Positions 19,991 through 29,780 of a stretch of DNA of 64,000 bases are shown here, in pieces. Where the stretch lies: contig OZ252100.1 in assembly GCA_965248435.1 (NCBI GenBank), positions 32,001-96,000 on the forward strand. The letters run 5' to 3'. The number at the start of each line of letters is the position of its first letter. The first letter of the stretch is position 1. A program made the translations under genes and the position numbers. The notes beneath the pieces are model-generated. The model did no database searches, was not told where the DNA came from, and worked only from the letters and a program-made list of their open reading frames with translations. The stretch is from Candidatus Latescibacterota bacterium. GTDB lineage: Bacteria > Latescibacterota > UBA2968 > GCA-2709665.

Positions 19991-20167
19991 GGCCTGGGTC
20001 CGACTGCCCTGGCTTATGCTTGCCGCTGAACAGATGCGTTCCGAGCACCATCATGTCTTCGCCACCGCCCCGGTGGTCCTGTGTGCCCAGCCTCAATGTC
20101 AGCCATTCGAATCGATCTATACAGTAATCGATGGCCCCGACTCCCACGCTGCCCATCCCGGGCCATC
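19991..20167. other. patchwork of four short fragments copied from downstream loci
   Basis: 19992-20024 = 39239-39271 (+); 20025-20091 = revcomp 23745-23811; 20092-20125 = 25605-25638 (+); 20123-20167 = revcomp 24536-24580. Confidence 0.95.
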
Positions 20168-20348
20168 TAATCAATCTGCCCATTAATTTCGGAAATTCTG
20201 GATGTGTGGCAAAAATTCTGGCTGCGATGGCGAAGAATGTGATAGCCAGAAGAATATCAGTGTGGAAAGGTCTTCCCCTTCGGATTTCGCGTCTTGTGCA
20301 CGAACTTCTAGGCGCAGTACCCGCGCCACATGACTTCCGGTCAAACAC
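20168..20348 (-). pseudogene. possible 5' fragment of a membrane protein gene cut by the patchwork junction
   Basis: Minus-strand frame reads ...HTDILLAITFFAIAARIFATHPEFPKLMGRL then hits the junction. Confidence 0.35.
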
Positions 20349-20663
20349 CGGATGAGGTTCTAACTAGGCAAAAATATTTGCCTAAACTCTAAACCCTCGC
20401 CGCGTCCGGCTGTGCGCAAGTAAGAATCGTGGTAATCTTTATATACTATCGTGTGGTTTCTAACCTATGACATCACGCGCAGATGTGGCTAGGCAAAGAT
20501 TCAACTATACATCACGGTGGTTTACTTATCCCTCATCTCAATCAAATCCAATCAGAGGGATTTATGAATTCGGCATTATGTGTTTCGATATTACGAGTGG
20601 TGTTCGGATTAGAAGACTTAGGCCACCCCTAACCAATACAACAGTAAGTGAGGATTTTTTGCC

Positions 20664-21434
20664 ATGGCAGATCGATCAACAGAGGAAGAGGACATAAACG
20701 ACGAGTTTAATCGGAGGAGAGGGCGACTTCGAATCGCACCGGGGCCTGTTGGTGAGGACGTTCCTCAGTGGATGAATGACGGTATCGAGGAACTGTACGG
20801 CCTCTTCAACACAACCGCCGACATATGGGACAAGAAATTTTCTGTGGAGTCTGATAATCTCTTCTACAGAGCTGTTTCGGAGCAAGTGCCGATTACATCG
20901 GCGGAACTGGACATTCTCGATCTTGGATCTGGCACGGGAATACAGCTCGAATCCGTTTTCGCCCGAGCACCAAATGCCAAGGTAACTGGGATCGACTTGG
21001 CTCCAAACATGCTGGATCAACTACGCTTCAAGTTCGTCAATAGAACTTCCCAGCTTCGGCTCGTTCAAGGATCAATACTTGATCTTCCATTAGGAGACAG
21101 GGAGTATGATTATGTCATTTCCACACTCACTATGCATCATTTTTCACCGGAGAACAAAGTTCGAATCTATCGCAAGGTGAGAGAAGCGTTACACGCAGCG
21201 GGTTTGTACATCGAGGGTGATCAGTCCACTACCGCCGAGGGCGAAAAAGAAACCCTCTATTGGTACCATCATTGGATTGCCAAGCTCCCGGGCGGAGATC
21301 GTTCTGAGTGGAACTACGACATCACTTTATCTGTGGGAACTCAGAAGCGAATCCTTCGCCAGTCCGGGTACTCTGAGGTCCAGCTTACGTGGGAGGAACC
21401 AGGTAAGCGAGCAGTTCTGGTGGCGAAGCGTTAG
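20664..21434 (+). CDS. class I SAM-dependent methyltransferase
   Basis: ILDLGSGTG motif I, VTGIDLAPNML, YDYVISTLTMHH. Confidence 0.88.
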   Translation: MADRSTEEEDINDEFNRRRGRLRIAPGPVGEDVPQWMNDGIEELYGLFNTTADIWDKKFSVESDNLFYRAVSEQVPITSAELDILDLGSGTGIQLESVFARAPNAKVTGIDLAPNMLDQLRFKFVNRTSQLRLVQGSILDLPLGDREYDYVISTLTMHHFSPENKVRIYRKVREALHAAGLYIEGDQSTTAEGEKETLYWYHHWIAKLPGGDRSEWNYDITLSVGTQKRILRQSGYSEVQLTWEEPGKRAVLVAKR

Positions 21435-21711
21435 CGCGCGCGAAGTGATGAACCAGTCGACGTCTGGTATTTCGCGTACGGAAGGATCAGGCCATGGTCC
21501 GTGGGACGTTTCGGTGGCCAGCCGTTGTGCTCTTTCGGATCTCAGAGCACAACCAATTCGTCTTCGTTGACAATGACCTTTCAGCTGTGACTTGTCAGTG
21601 ATTATGCTCATCTTTGAATTCTTGAGGGAAATATACTCCAGGGCTAAGAGTCAGCCTATTGCCGCGCGATCCACTCGCATCTCCCACGCTGAAAATCCGG
21701 AAAATAGTGAT

Positions 21712-22485
21712 ATGAAAGTCTTGATGGTGGAGATTTTTGGAAGGGGAGGTCTTGCTCACTATGTTTTCAACCTGGCTTCGGAACTCGCCAGGAGCGGCGC
21801 GAATATCTGCATCGTGACCGCCGCGGAATACGAGCTTGAATCCCTCTCGTTGCCCAGTGGTGCCGTGGTCAGTCCGAATTTGAGCCGTTTAGCATTTCGC
21901 CTGCGAGGCTTATTGCCCGATTCCATGCTTCGTCTAATCAAGGTTGTAGAGTTCCCCGCGAGCTCAGTCTCGGTCTTCAGAGTTGTTCGAAACTGGAAGC
22001 CCGATGTGATCCATCTACATTGCACAAGTTGGGCTATTCTATTGCTCCTAGTTTTCCTCAAACCATTAGGCGTTCCTCTAGTGTACACGGCTCACAACGT
22101 GATACCACACGAGTCTTCCGGTTTTCATGAGGCTATATTCAAAGTAATCTACAGGATGTCCGATCACATTATCGTGCATAGTGTGCAGGATCGAAAGCTA
22201 CTAAGCGATAAATTCGGTGTGGAAGACGCTGTATCGGTCGTTCCTCAGGGTAATTACTGCTTTCTCTGTGATGAACCCAAGATGGTTACCCGAATTCAAG
22301 CACGCAGCATCCTTGCAATCGAACAAGATGCGGATGTCGCGCTCTTCTTTGGATTCCTTCGCGAGAACAAAGGGTTGAACTTGCTGCTAACTGCGTGGCC
22401 AGAAGTGTGCAAAGTTCGTCCAACTGCGCGACTGCTGATAGCAGGGTACCCGAATCGGATGAACAGAAAGAGATTTGATCAGCTT
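21712..22485 (+). pseudogene. glycosyltransferase family 4, 3'-truncated
   Basis: MKVLMVEIFGRGGLAHY, KPDVIHLH, YTAHNVIPHE, LFFGFLRENKGL, LLIAG; the C-terminal EX7E region is absent because repeat copy 2 begins at 22486. Confidence 0.85.
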
Positions 22486-23240
22486 CCGGATGGTCTCGGC
22501 GGCTGATCGCAGGGGTGTAAGAATTGCAGTTGCACATCAAGGGGTCTACCTGCCTCAAACCCGGGAAGCGAAGCGGCTCGTGGAGTCGGGTCGAATCGGG
22601 GACCCCCCATACAGTCTATGCCTGGGGCAAACAGGACCATCGAGGGGGTGGAGAAGACACGATGGTGCTTGGGACGCACCTCTTCAACACGATGCGCTTT
22701 TTCTTCTCGGAGGTGGCCTGGATGTTCGCACACGTGACGGTTGAAGGGAGGGAAATTGGACCGGGCGATGTAAGGGATGGGAATGAACCGATTGGTCCAG
22801 TGGCCGGAGACTGTGTGGAGAGCTACTTCTCTTTTCAATCCGGCGTGAGTGGATTCTTTCGTTCGCGCGCCAACAGCCACCCAGGGGACCGGCCCTACGG
22901 GATGGAGATTGCGGGCCAGGAAGGACGCCTCGCGCTTTGGGGGGGATCGCCGGACCAGATTTTCCTGTGTCCCTACGGAGGTTCTGCTCCCGAGCGTCCT
23001 GACCGGGTATGGCAGCGGCTGGATGTCGAAACCGCGCCCTATACGGGGGGAAATAGTCGGGCCATCCAGGACCTGATTCAATCGATAGAGGAAGATCGCG
23101 ACCCGCTCTCCAGCGGGCGAGATGCCACTTCGGCGCTCGAGATGATTCTGGGCGCATACGAATCTCAGATCTCGGGCGGACGCGTAGAATTTCCAATGAG
23201 CGAGCGAACCCACCCACTCGACCGGCTGCGTTGCAATTGA
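22486..23240 (+). pseudogene. 5'-truncated duplicate of the first Gfo/Idh/MocA gene
   Basis: Same sequence as 18867-19621; lacks the NAD-binding N-terminus. Confidence 0.88.
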
Positions 23241-23609
23241 GAACATAATCCGTCACAAGTTGAGAGGCCACATGTCGAGGGGAAAAAGTTACAGGGCCGG
23301 TGCCATCGGCCGCACGGGGAAGGGCCGCTACGGGCATGGCCTTCACCTGGCCTACAAGGAAATCGACGAAGTAGATCTGGTCGCGATCGCCGATCCGGAC
23401 GATGAAGGACGCGCGGCCGCAAAAGAAGAAACAGGGGCCAAGACGGACTACGCCGATTACCGGGATATGCTGGAAAAGGAAGATCTGGATATTGTCAGCG
23501 TCTGCCCAAGATGGGTGGACTGCCATCTCGAGATGGTGCTGGCCTGCGCCGATGCGGGATGCCACATCTACTGTGAGAAACCGATCGCGATGAGCTTGGA
23601 GGATGCCGA
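22486..23609 (+). repeat. 1,124-bp direct repeat, copy 2
   Basis: Appears identical to 18867-19990. Confidence 0.95.
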
Positions 23610-24393
23610 TCGAATCGTGGAGGCGACAGATCGGGCAGGTGTAAAGATTGTCGTCGCGCACCAGGGTCTCTATGTGCCACAAGTTCACGAAGTGAAACGT
23701 CGAATCGATTCCGGAGTGATCGGCCGTTTGGAGGCGTTCTACGCGCTGGGCACACAGGACCACCGGGGCGGTGGCGAAGACATGATGGTGCTCGGAACGC
23801 ATCTGTTCAGCTTGATGCGATTCTTCGCAGGCGACGTCGACTGGATCTCTGCCCACGTTACGGCAGGGGGGCGTGATATTGGACCTGAGGATGTGAGGGA
23901 AGGGCACGAGCCGATCGGCCCTATAGCTGGAGATTCGGTGAGCAGCTATCTCTGGTTCAAGAGCGGGATTTCAGGTCATTTCTCCTCGAGAGTCAAGCAG
24001 AGCGCTTGGGCGCCCGATGGGGGTAAAGGTTCCGGGATGAGCCTGGAGCTCGTCGGGCAGGAGGGGAGGATCAGCATGAAGGGCGGTGCGGCGGGGGCGG
24101 TACGAATCTACCCTTTCGGAGTCTTCACGCCCTGGGACGGTGATCCGCCGTGGAGATCCCTCGACGTTGAGTGCCTGGATCACCTGCAGGGGAATCGGTT
24201 AGCCATCGTCGAGCTGATGGAGGCGGTCGAACAGGAACGCGAGCCCATCGGAAGCGCGCGAGACGCTCGTGCCGCCCTGGAAATGATTCTGGGCGCCTAT
24301 GAATCACAGACGAAAGGCGGCGTTCGAGTATCTTTCCCGCTTGCAGAACGATCCCATCCGCTCGAGCGATTCAAGAATGGAGCCAACACCTGA
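23272..24393 (+). CDS. Gfo/Idh/MocA family oxidoreductase
   Basis: AGAIGRTGKGRYGHG, HIYCEKP, MVLGTHLF; intact. Confidence 0.9.
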   Translation: MSRGKSYRAGAIGRTGKGRYGHGLHLAYKEIDEVDLVAIADPDDEGRAAAKEETGAKTDYADYRDMLEKEDLDIVSVCPRWVDCHLEMVLACADAGCHIYCEKPIAMSLEDADRIVEATDRAGVKIVVAHQGLYVPQVHEVKRRIDSGVIGRLEAFYALGTQDHRGGGEDMMVLGTHLFSLMRFFAGDVDWISAHVTAGGRDIGPEDVREGHEPIGPIAGDSVSSYLWFKSGISGHFSSRVKQSAWAPDGGKGSGMSLELVGQEGRISMKGGAAGAVRIYPFGVFTPWDGDPPWRSLDVECLDHLQGNRLAIVELMEAVEQEREPIGSARDARAALEMILGAYESQTKGGVRVSFPLAERSHPLERFKNGANT

Positions 24394-24474
24394 TCCACAA
24401 GTACCTGGACGAATCCAGGGGTTTTGGATATATAGTATTTGTCGTAGCGCGACACACGGTGTAGGGGAGGATTC

Positions 24475-25434
24475 ATGGAGCTGAAGATCAACCGGGACAT
24501 CAAGGGTGAGGTCATCTCCCCAACATTGCTTGCAGGATGGCCCGGGATGGGCAGCGTGGGAGTCGGGGCCATCGATTACTTGAGGAGGCAGCTGGATGCA
24601 GCTCCTATCGCTGAGTTGGACCTGAGTGAGTTCTTCACTCCTGAAGCCGTTGTCGTGGAGAATGGAATCGCGAAGGCATTCACGGATCTGCCGACCCACG
24701 TCTTCTACTACGTGCGTGAACCCGAATTGATTATCTTCGAAAGCGAAGCGCAGGTCGGCGGTACAGGTGGAATAACTTTGATGACTCAGATTCTGGATTT
24801 CGCCTCTGAATTGAAAGTAAAGAAGATCTATACGGGCGCTGCGTTCTCCAGACCGATCAGCCACCGAGAACCGGTCAAGGTCCTGGGTGTGGCCAACCGC
24901 GAAAGCCTGAGAGATGGGCTCGTCCCTCACGGCGTTGAAATCCTGGACGAGGGGCATATTTCGGGGCTGAATGGCCTGCTTCTTGGGTTTGCAGGATTGA
25001 GGGATATCGAGGCGGCCTGTTTGCTGGCCACGATGCCACAATACGCCCAAATGATGCCAAATCCCAAGGCTTCCCGCGAGATCATCCGCGTCTTCGAATC
25101 GATCTTGGGCGTCCAGATCGACATGGAGGAGATCGATCAGGCGGCAGAGCAGATGGATCAAACGATGTTTGAGATTGAAGAGAAGATACGGGCAACGTTC
25201 TCCAGCATGGAGATGGAGGAGGATGAAGCGTCCGAACTCGAGGAGGTTGATGAAGAGCAGGTTCCTCAGTACGTGATGGAGAAGATCGAGAGATTATTCG
25301 AAGAGATTCAGCAAGAGAATTCGAGAGGGAAAGCGGCCCAGCTGAAAAAGGAACTGGATCGTTGGAATCTGTACAGTCTTTATGAAGATAGGTTCCTAAA
25401 CCTGTTCCGTCGAGATAAGGAGGGCGGCGTTTAG
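24475..25434 (+). CDS. PAC2 (proteasome assembly chaperone-like) family protein with acidic C-terminal extension
   Basis: LLAGWPGMGSVG..AIDYL, ISGLNGLLLG, CLLATMPQY..PNPKAS. Confidence 0.8.
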   Translation: MELKINRDIKGEVISPTLLAGWPGMGSVGVGAIDYLRRQLDAAPIAELDLSEFFTPEAVVVENGIAKAFTDLPTHVFYYVREPELIIFESEAQVGGTGGITLMTQILDFASELKVKKIYTGAAFSRPISHREPVKVLGVANRESLRDGLVPHGVEILDEGHISGLNGLLLGFAGLRDIEAACLLATMPQYAQMMPNPKASREIIRVFESILGVQIDMEEIDQAAEQMDQTMFEIEEKIRATFSSMEMEEDEASELEEVDEEQVPQYVMEKIERLFEEIQQENSRGKAAQLKKELDRWNLYSLYEDRFLNLFRRDKEGGV

Positions 25435-25458
25435 CAGCCTCCCATATATTCTTAACGT

Positions 25459-25497
25459 AAGGACATGTCTCCAAATGGTGACATGTCCTTTGTTTTA
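25459..25497 (+). terminator. intrinsic terminator-like hairpin
   Basis: AAGGACATGTC-N10-GACATGTCCTT followed by TGTTTT. Confidence 0.6.
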
Positions 25498-25608
25498 TTC
25501 CCGACGCCGACTTGCTTGAAATGTCTTGCCTGATACATCATTTGCGCCTAATTTGAGAGCCGGAATCGCAAAAATCTGTATAAGATGACTTTTCAATGAG
25601 AGGACTCA

Positions 25609-26670
25609 ATGTCAGCCATTCGAATCGATCTATACAGTGATACGGCGACCAAACCGACCAAAGAGATGAGGGAGTTCATGTGCTCCTGCGAGGTGGGTGA
25701 CGAACAGCGATACGAGGATCCTTCGGCGAACGAACTCCAGGGAATGGTCGCCGAGATGCTCGGAAAGGAAGCGGCGATCTTTCTCCCTTCAGGCACGATG
25801 TGTAATCATATCGCATACCTGGTTCACTGTAAACCAGGGGATATGGTCCTGATGGAGAAAACAGCGCATCCTCTTATATCCGAGGCCGGAGGAGCGTGTG
25901 CGCTTGCAGGGGTGACGATCTACCCCGTCGACGGACAGAAAGGACAGTTTTCGGCCGAGCAGGTCGCCGAGTTGATGTCTTATCCATACAGTTTGCGCAG
26001 GCCGGGCGTGAGGGTCGTCTCTGTAGAACAGACTGCGAACAGTCCTGGAGGGTGCATCTGGCCGCTCGAGCAGATGAGGGCCGTGTGCGAGGTGACGCAC
26101 GAGAAAGGGGCCATTGCGCACATGGATGGGGCACGGCTGTTGAACGCGGTCGTTGCCACGGGGATTTCGCCTCAGGACTACGCGGAAACGTTCGATTCGG
26201 TGTGGATCGACCTGAGCAAAGGGTTGGGGGCCCCGGTAGGCGGGGTTCTCGCAGGCTCCGAAGCGTTTATCCAGGAAGCGTGGGCGTGGAAGCATCGTCT
26301 GGGCGGTGCAATGCGGCAGTCCGGCATCCTTGCAGCGGCCGGGATTTACGCACTCAAGCACAACGTCGATCGGCTGGCCGCGGACCACATAAATGCAAAA
26401 CGCTTCGCAAAAGGCATTTACAGTGCCGAGGGTATCGCAGTGGATCCGGATTCCGTGGAGACGAACATGGTGCGTTTCGATGTTGCAGATACCGGGTTGT
26501 CATCCTCGGCCTTCGTCGAGCGGTTGATCGGGGAAGAAGGTGTCAGGGTCAGCACGCCTGGCCCGACTGCACTTCGAGCCGTCCCACATCTCGGGATCAC
26601 CGAAGATGACATCGACTCAGCAGTGGAATCGGTCCATGGCCTGGCGGGACGGATTGTGGAGGGCGTTTAG
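25609..26670 (+). CDS. ltaE: low-specificity L-threonine aldolase family (PLP)
   Basis: IDLYSDTATKP, FLPSGTM.N, HMDGARL, DLSKGLGAPVG, GGAMRQSG. Confidence 0.88.
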   Translation: MSAIRIDLYSDTATKPTKEMREFMCSCEVGDEQRYEDPSANELQGMVAEMLGKEAAIFLPSGTMCNHIAYLVHCKPGDMVLMEKTAHPLISEAGGACALAGVTIYPVDGQKGQFSAEQVAELMSYPYSLRRPGVRVVSVEQTANSPGGCIWPLEQMRAVCEVTHEKGAIAHMDGARLLNAVVATGISPQDYAETFDSVWIDLSKGLGAPVGGVLAGSEAFIQEAWAWKHRLGGAMRQSGILAAAGIYALKHNVDRLAADHINAKRFAKGIYSAEGIAVDPDSVETNMVRFDVADTGLSSSAFVERLIGEEGVRVSTPGPTALRAVPHLGITEDDIDSAVESVHGLAGRIVEGV

Positions 26671-26697
26671 GCTTCCAAACTTATGGAGACTTGAGGT

Positions 26698-27861
26698 ATG
26701 TATCGCATCGCAATTCTGGGCTGCCGTTCCAGGGGAACGGCGGCGGCCATGGCTTATCACGCACATCCCGGGACGGAGGTGGTTGGACTCTGTGACCGGA
26801 TCCCAGAGCGACTTCAGGAGCTGGGCAACGCGTTGGGGGTTACCGCCCGATTCGCTGACGCAGACGAAATGATCCGAGAGACCCGGCCCGATATCGTTGC
26901 TATTCCCACAGGCACTGAGTTTCACTACGACCTCTGCATGCAGGTCCTGAGATACGGTTCCACACATATCGATGTGGAAAAGCCGATGTGCGTGGATCTG
27001 GTTCAAGCGGATACCCTTGTGCGGAAAGCCGAGGAGGTGGATGCACGCATCGCGGTCCATCACCAGGGCCGCTGCGGCGTTTGGATGAAAGCGGTTGTGC
27101 GGGAGATTCAAAAGGGACGGATCGGGGATCTGCAGCACATGACCGCTTACGGGAAGGGCTACTACGGCGGCTATGGCCTGATGAACATCGGCACCCATAT
27201 TCTTAGCAACTTTCTGGAACTGGCCGGGCCGTGCAGGCGCGTGTCCGCTTCTGCCCTGACGGATGGGCACCCGATTACGCCCGAGGATGTCCTGCCTTCA
27301 TCGAACGGCATGGGAACGATCGCGGGAGAAGCCATAACCGCAACGCTCGAGTTCTCAGGGAATGTGACCGCGACGCTCGTGCACCACCGTTACCCGGTGA
27401 TCGACAATCAATTCGCTCGCCTTGTGATTCAAGGGAGCGAGGGGATACTTTTGTGGGATTGGGATGGCGCGTGGCGGATGACGCCCCATGGATTTCCTCC
27501 GAAGGTGACGAAGCATGATTGGGAGTTACTGGATTCCGACGGTCCAGAGCACTATGATCCTGACAGCGGCGTGAATTCAACCGAGTATTCATATGTGGAT
27601 GAATATGTCCACGCGCTGGACGAGGAACGGGACCACGTCTGCAGTGGGTCCGAAGCGGTACACGTGATCGAGATCATGATGGGAATTTTCGAGTCGGCTG
27701 CCCACGGCCGGACAGTCGAACTGCCGCAGGTCGACCGGGAGCACCCCCTTGTGCGCTGGCGACGTGAGGCCGGCCTGGGTGAGCCGGAACCGATGCCCAG
27801 GCCCTACCCGGAGTGGTTGGCGGCTGAGGATCGACGATTGGGTAGGGGTAAGGAGAACTAA
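26698..27861 (+). CDS. Gfo/Idh/MocA family oxidoreductase
   Basis: IAILGCRSRG, VEKPM, LMNIGTH. Confidence 0.88.
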   Translation: MYRIAILGCRSRGTAAAMAYHAHPGTEVVGLCDRIPERLQELGNALGVTARFADADEMIRETRPDIVAIPTGTEFHYDLCMQVLRYGSTHIDVEKPMCVDLVQADTLVRKAEEVDARIAVHHQGRCGVWMKAVVREIQKGRIGDLQHMTAYGKGYYGGYGLMNIGTHILSNFLELAGPCRRVSASALTDGHPITPEDVLPSSNGMGTIAGEAITATLEFSGNVTATLVHHRYPVIDNQFARLVIQGSEGILLWDWDGAWRMTPHGFPPKVTKHDWELLDSDGPEHYDPDSGVNSTEYSYVDEYVHALDEERDHVCSGSEAVHVIEIMMGIFESAAHGRTVELPQVDREHPLVRWRREAGLGEPEPMPRPYPEWLAAEDRRLGRGKEN

Positions 27862-28923
27862 ATGCAGAGGGTAAGAACGGCGCTGCTCGGCGTGACCCAC
27901 CCGCACTCCAGCTTTCACCTCAAAACTCTGCAGACATCATCCATGGTCTCGGGGATCGTCCTCTACGATCCTGATGGTGATGCACTCGAAAGCGTGAGGT
28001 CGGAGTACAAGGTCGAATCTGTCTACACCGATTTGGAGGCTCTCCTCGCCGAGGAGAAGTTCCCAGTTGGAATTGGTTGCGTTGAAAACGATCTCAACGC
28101 AGTTTTGTGCAATAGGCTCATCGAAGCCGGCGTACACGTGATGAGCGAGAAACCGATCGGGAAAAACGCAAAGGAAGTCGGGTCCGTGGTGTCCGCAGCG
28201 AGAGAAAAGCGAGTCAAACTGGGGGTGATGTACTCAAACCGATCTCATCCCATCACCCAGGAGGCTCGCAGACTCGTCCAAGACGGCGTGATCGGGCGCG
28301 TGACGAGCTGTGAAGCAAGGCAGGTAACCTCTCAGATCAAGTTCAGGAATCCCGATCTATGGCTGTTCAAGAAAGACAGGGCCGGGGGCGGCATTCTGTC
28401 CTGGCTGGGCTGCCACCACATCGATCTGCTGTGCTATGTGATGGGGGATGAAGTCGCGTCGGTCTCTGCAATTGTGGATACCCTGAGCGGCGAGGCGATC
28501 GACGTGGAGGATGTGGCATCGGTCAGTTTTCGGTTTCAGAGCGGCGCCATCGGAGGACTGCAGGCAGGATACCAGCTCGCGATGAGCACCGCGGGCTATC
28601 AAGGGGCGAAATACGATAGCTATGTCGGGTTCCGCGGGACAGAAGGTCGGCTCTACTGGAGTCCGATCGATCGACCTCCGCGGCTTCACGTGGAGAGCGC
28701 TCATCCGGAATGGGCTTCGTCACCCGAACGCACGTTCGACTTTGCACTCCCCCATGTGGAGGCCTACGGAGGCGCACACGGCCTCTCTTTTGTCGAAACC
28801 TTCATTTCGTCCGCGCTCGGCGAAGGGGAGCCGGTGGCCACGGGTGAGGATGCACTTCGCGTCGCCAGGATCGTGGATGCGATCTACGAATCGAACGATA
28901 CTGGAAGAAGAATCGAGTTGTGA
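27862..28923 (+). CDS. Gfo/Idh/MocA family oxidoreductase
   Basis: HVMSEKPI, AGGGILSWLGCHHID. Confidence 0.88.
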   Translation: MQRVRTALLGVTHPHSSFHLKTLQTSSMVSGIVLYDPDGDALESVRSEYKVESVYTDLEALLAEEKFPVGIGCVENDLNAVLCNRLIEAGVHVMSEKPIGKNAKEVGSVVSAAREKRVKLGVMYSNRSHPITQEARRLVQDGVIGRVTSCEARQVTSQIKFRNPDLWLFKKDRAGGGILSWLGCHHIDLLCYVMGDEVASVSAIVDTLSGEAIDVEDVASVSFRFQSGAIGGLQAGYQLAMSTAGYQGAKYDSYVGFRGTEGRLYWSPIDRPPRLHVESAHPEWASSPERTFDFALPHVEAYGGAHGLSFVETFISSALGEGEPVATGEDALRVARIVDAIYESNDTGRRIEL

Positions 28924-29765
28924 TGGTTGCTTCGGGACGGGCCTCGGTGCGGTTGGAGACCATCAATCGAGAAGCCGTGACGCCCCTGGGTATGGCAGGA
29001 AACCCCGACACCAAAAGCCGGTGGCTGAGCACAGCTTTTGACGCAGGAATAAACGCCTTTTTCTTCTACAACCTCTCCTTCTCCGGGATGATCGCCGGCT
29101 TGCGCAACCTCCTCAAACGGGAACGTGAGCGTGTGATCGTGGCGACCGGAACAGAATCCCGGGATCCCTTCGAGATGAGGCGACACCTCGACCGCATCAA
29201 GGCGCAGCTGCAGGTGAGCGTCATCGACCTGTTCTTCGCAGAATACGTCTCTCCTTCAGACGGGACAGATGATGTGTTGGGAGTCGGAGGTGCGTTGGAT
29301 GAGATTTGGAAGTGGAGGGAGGAGGGGACCGTGCGCTACGTAGGGGCGACGGTGCACGATCGCCCGCTCGCTTTGAAGTTGATCGCAAGCGGGAAGGTCG
29401 AGGTGTTGATGCACCGCTATAACATGGCACACCGTGGCGCCGTGGCAGAAGTGCTTCCTGCGGCCATCGGTGCGGGAGTTCCTGTAGTTGCGTTCACCTG
29501 CACACGCTGGGGATCGCTTCTAAAGGGTCACCCGGAGTGGGCGGGAGAGATTCCAACCGCTGTGGATTGTTACCGGTATGCGCTGTGCCACCCGGCGGTA
29601 GACCTTGCGCTAACGGCGCCTGCTTCGCTGGATGAGCTTCAAGGGAATCTCGGGGTGATGAAAGAGCCGATGGCTGTGGACGCGGGCCAGATCACGAGTT
29701 GGGAGTCCTACGGCGATCTCGTCTATGGGTCCGGCACCGATGCCTTTGAAACAAAATGGCCTTGA
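28920..29765 (+). CDS. aldo/keto reductase family protein
   Basis: AFDAGINAFF, IDLFF, GTVRYVGAT.H, LMHRYNMAH. Confidence 0.8.
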   Translation: MMVASGRASVRLETINREAVTPLGMAGNPDTKSRWLSTAFDAGINAFFFYNLSFSGMIAGLRNLLKRERERVIVATGTESRDPFEMRRHLDRIKAQLQVSVIDLFFAEYVSPSDGTDDVLGVGGALDEIWKWREEGTVRYVGATVHDRPLALKLIASGKVEVLMHRYNMAHRGAVAEVLPAAIGAGVPVVAFTCTRWGSLLKGHPEWAGEIPTAVDCYRYALCHPAVDLALTAPASLDELQGNLGVMKEPMAVDAGQITSWESYGDLVYGSGTDAFETKWP

Positions 29766-29780
29766 CCGGATCGATCTAGG

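Noticed and set aside
19991-20167. CRISPR array or spacer acquisition (fragments of 33-34 nt are spacer-sized)
   Set aside because: No repeats between fragments, no leader, no cas genes in the window, and two pieces are 45 and 67 nt.
19641-20186. 181-aa ORF as a novel functional fusion protein
   Set aside because: Its C-terminal part is an accidental read-through of the captured fragments.
19065-20348. 427-aa minus-strand ORF (and the similar 407-, 366- and 255-aa ORFs)
   Set aside because: Antisense shadows of GC-rich oxidoreductase genes running through the patchwork; no coherent protein features.
20350-21560. Integron gene cassette (methyltransferase ends in GTTAG; hairpin at 21524-21553)
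   Set aside because: No properly paired RYYYAAC/GTTRRRY attC structure and no integrase.
18867-23609. Composite transposon or integrated element bounded by long direct repeats
   Set aside because: The repeats are pieces of oxidoreductase genes, not IS elements; no transposase, integrase or terminal inverted repeats.
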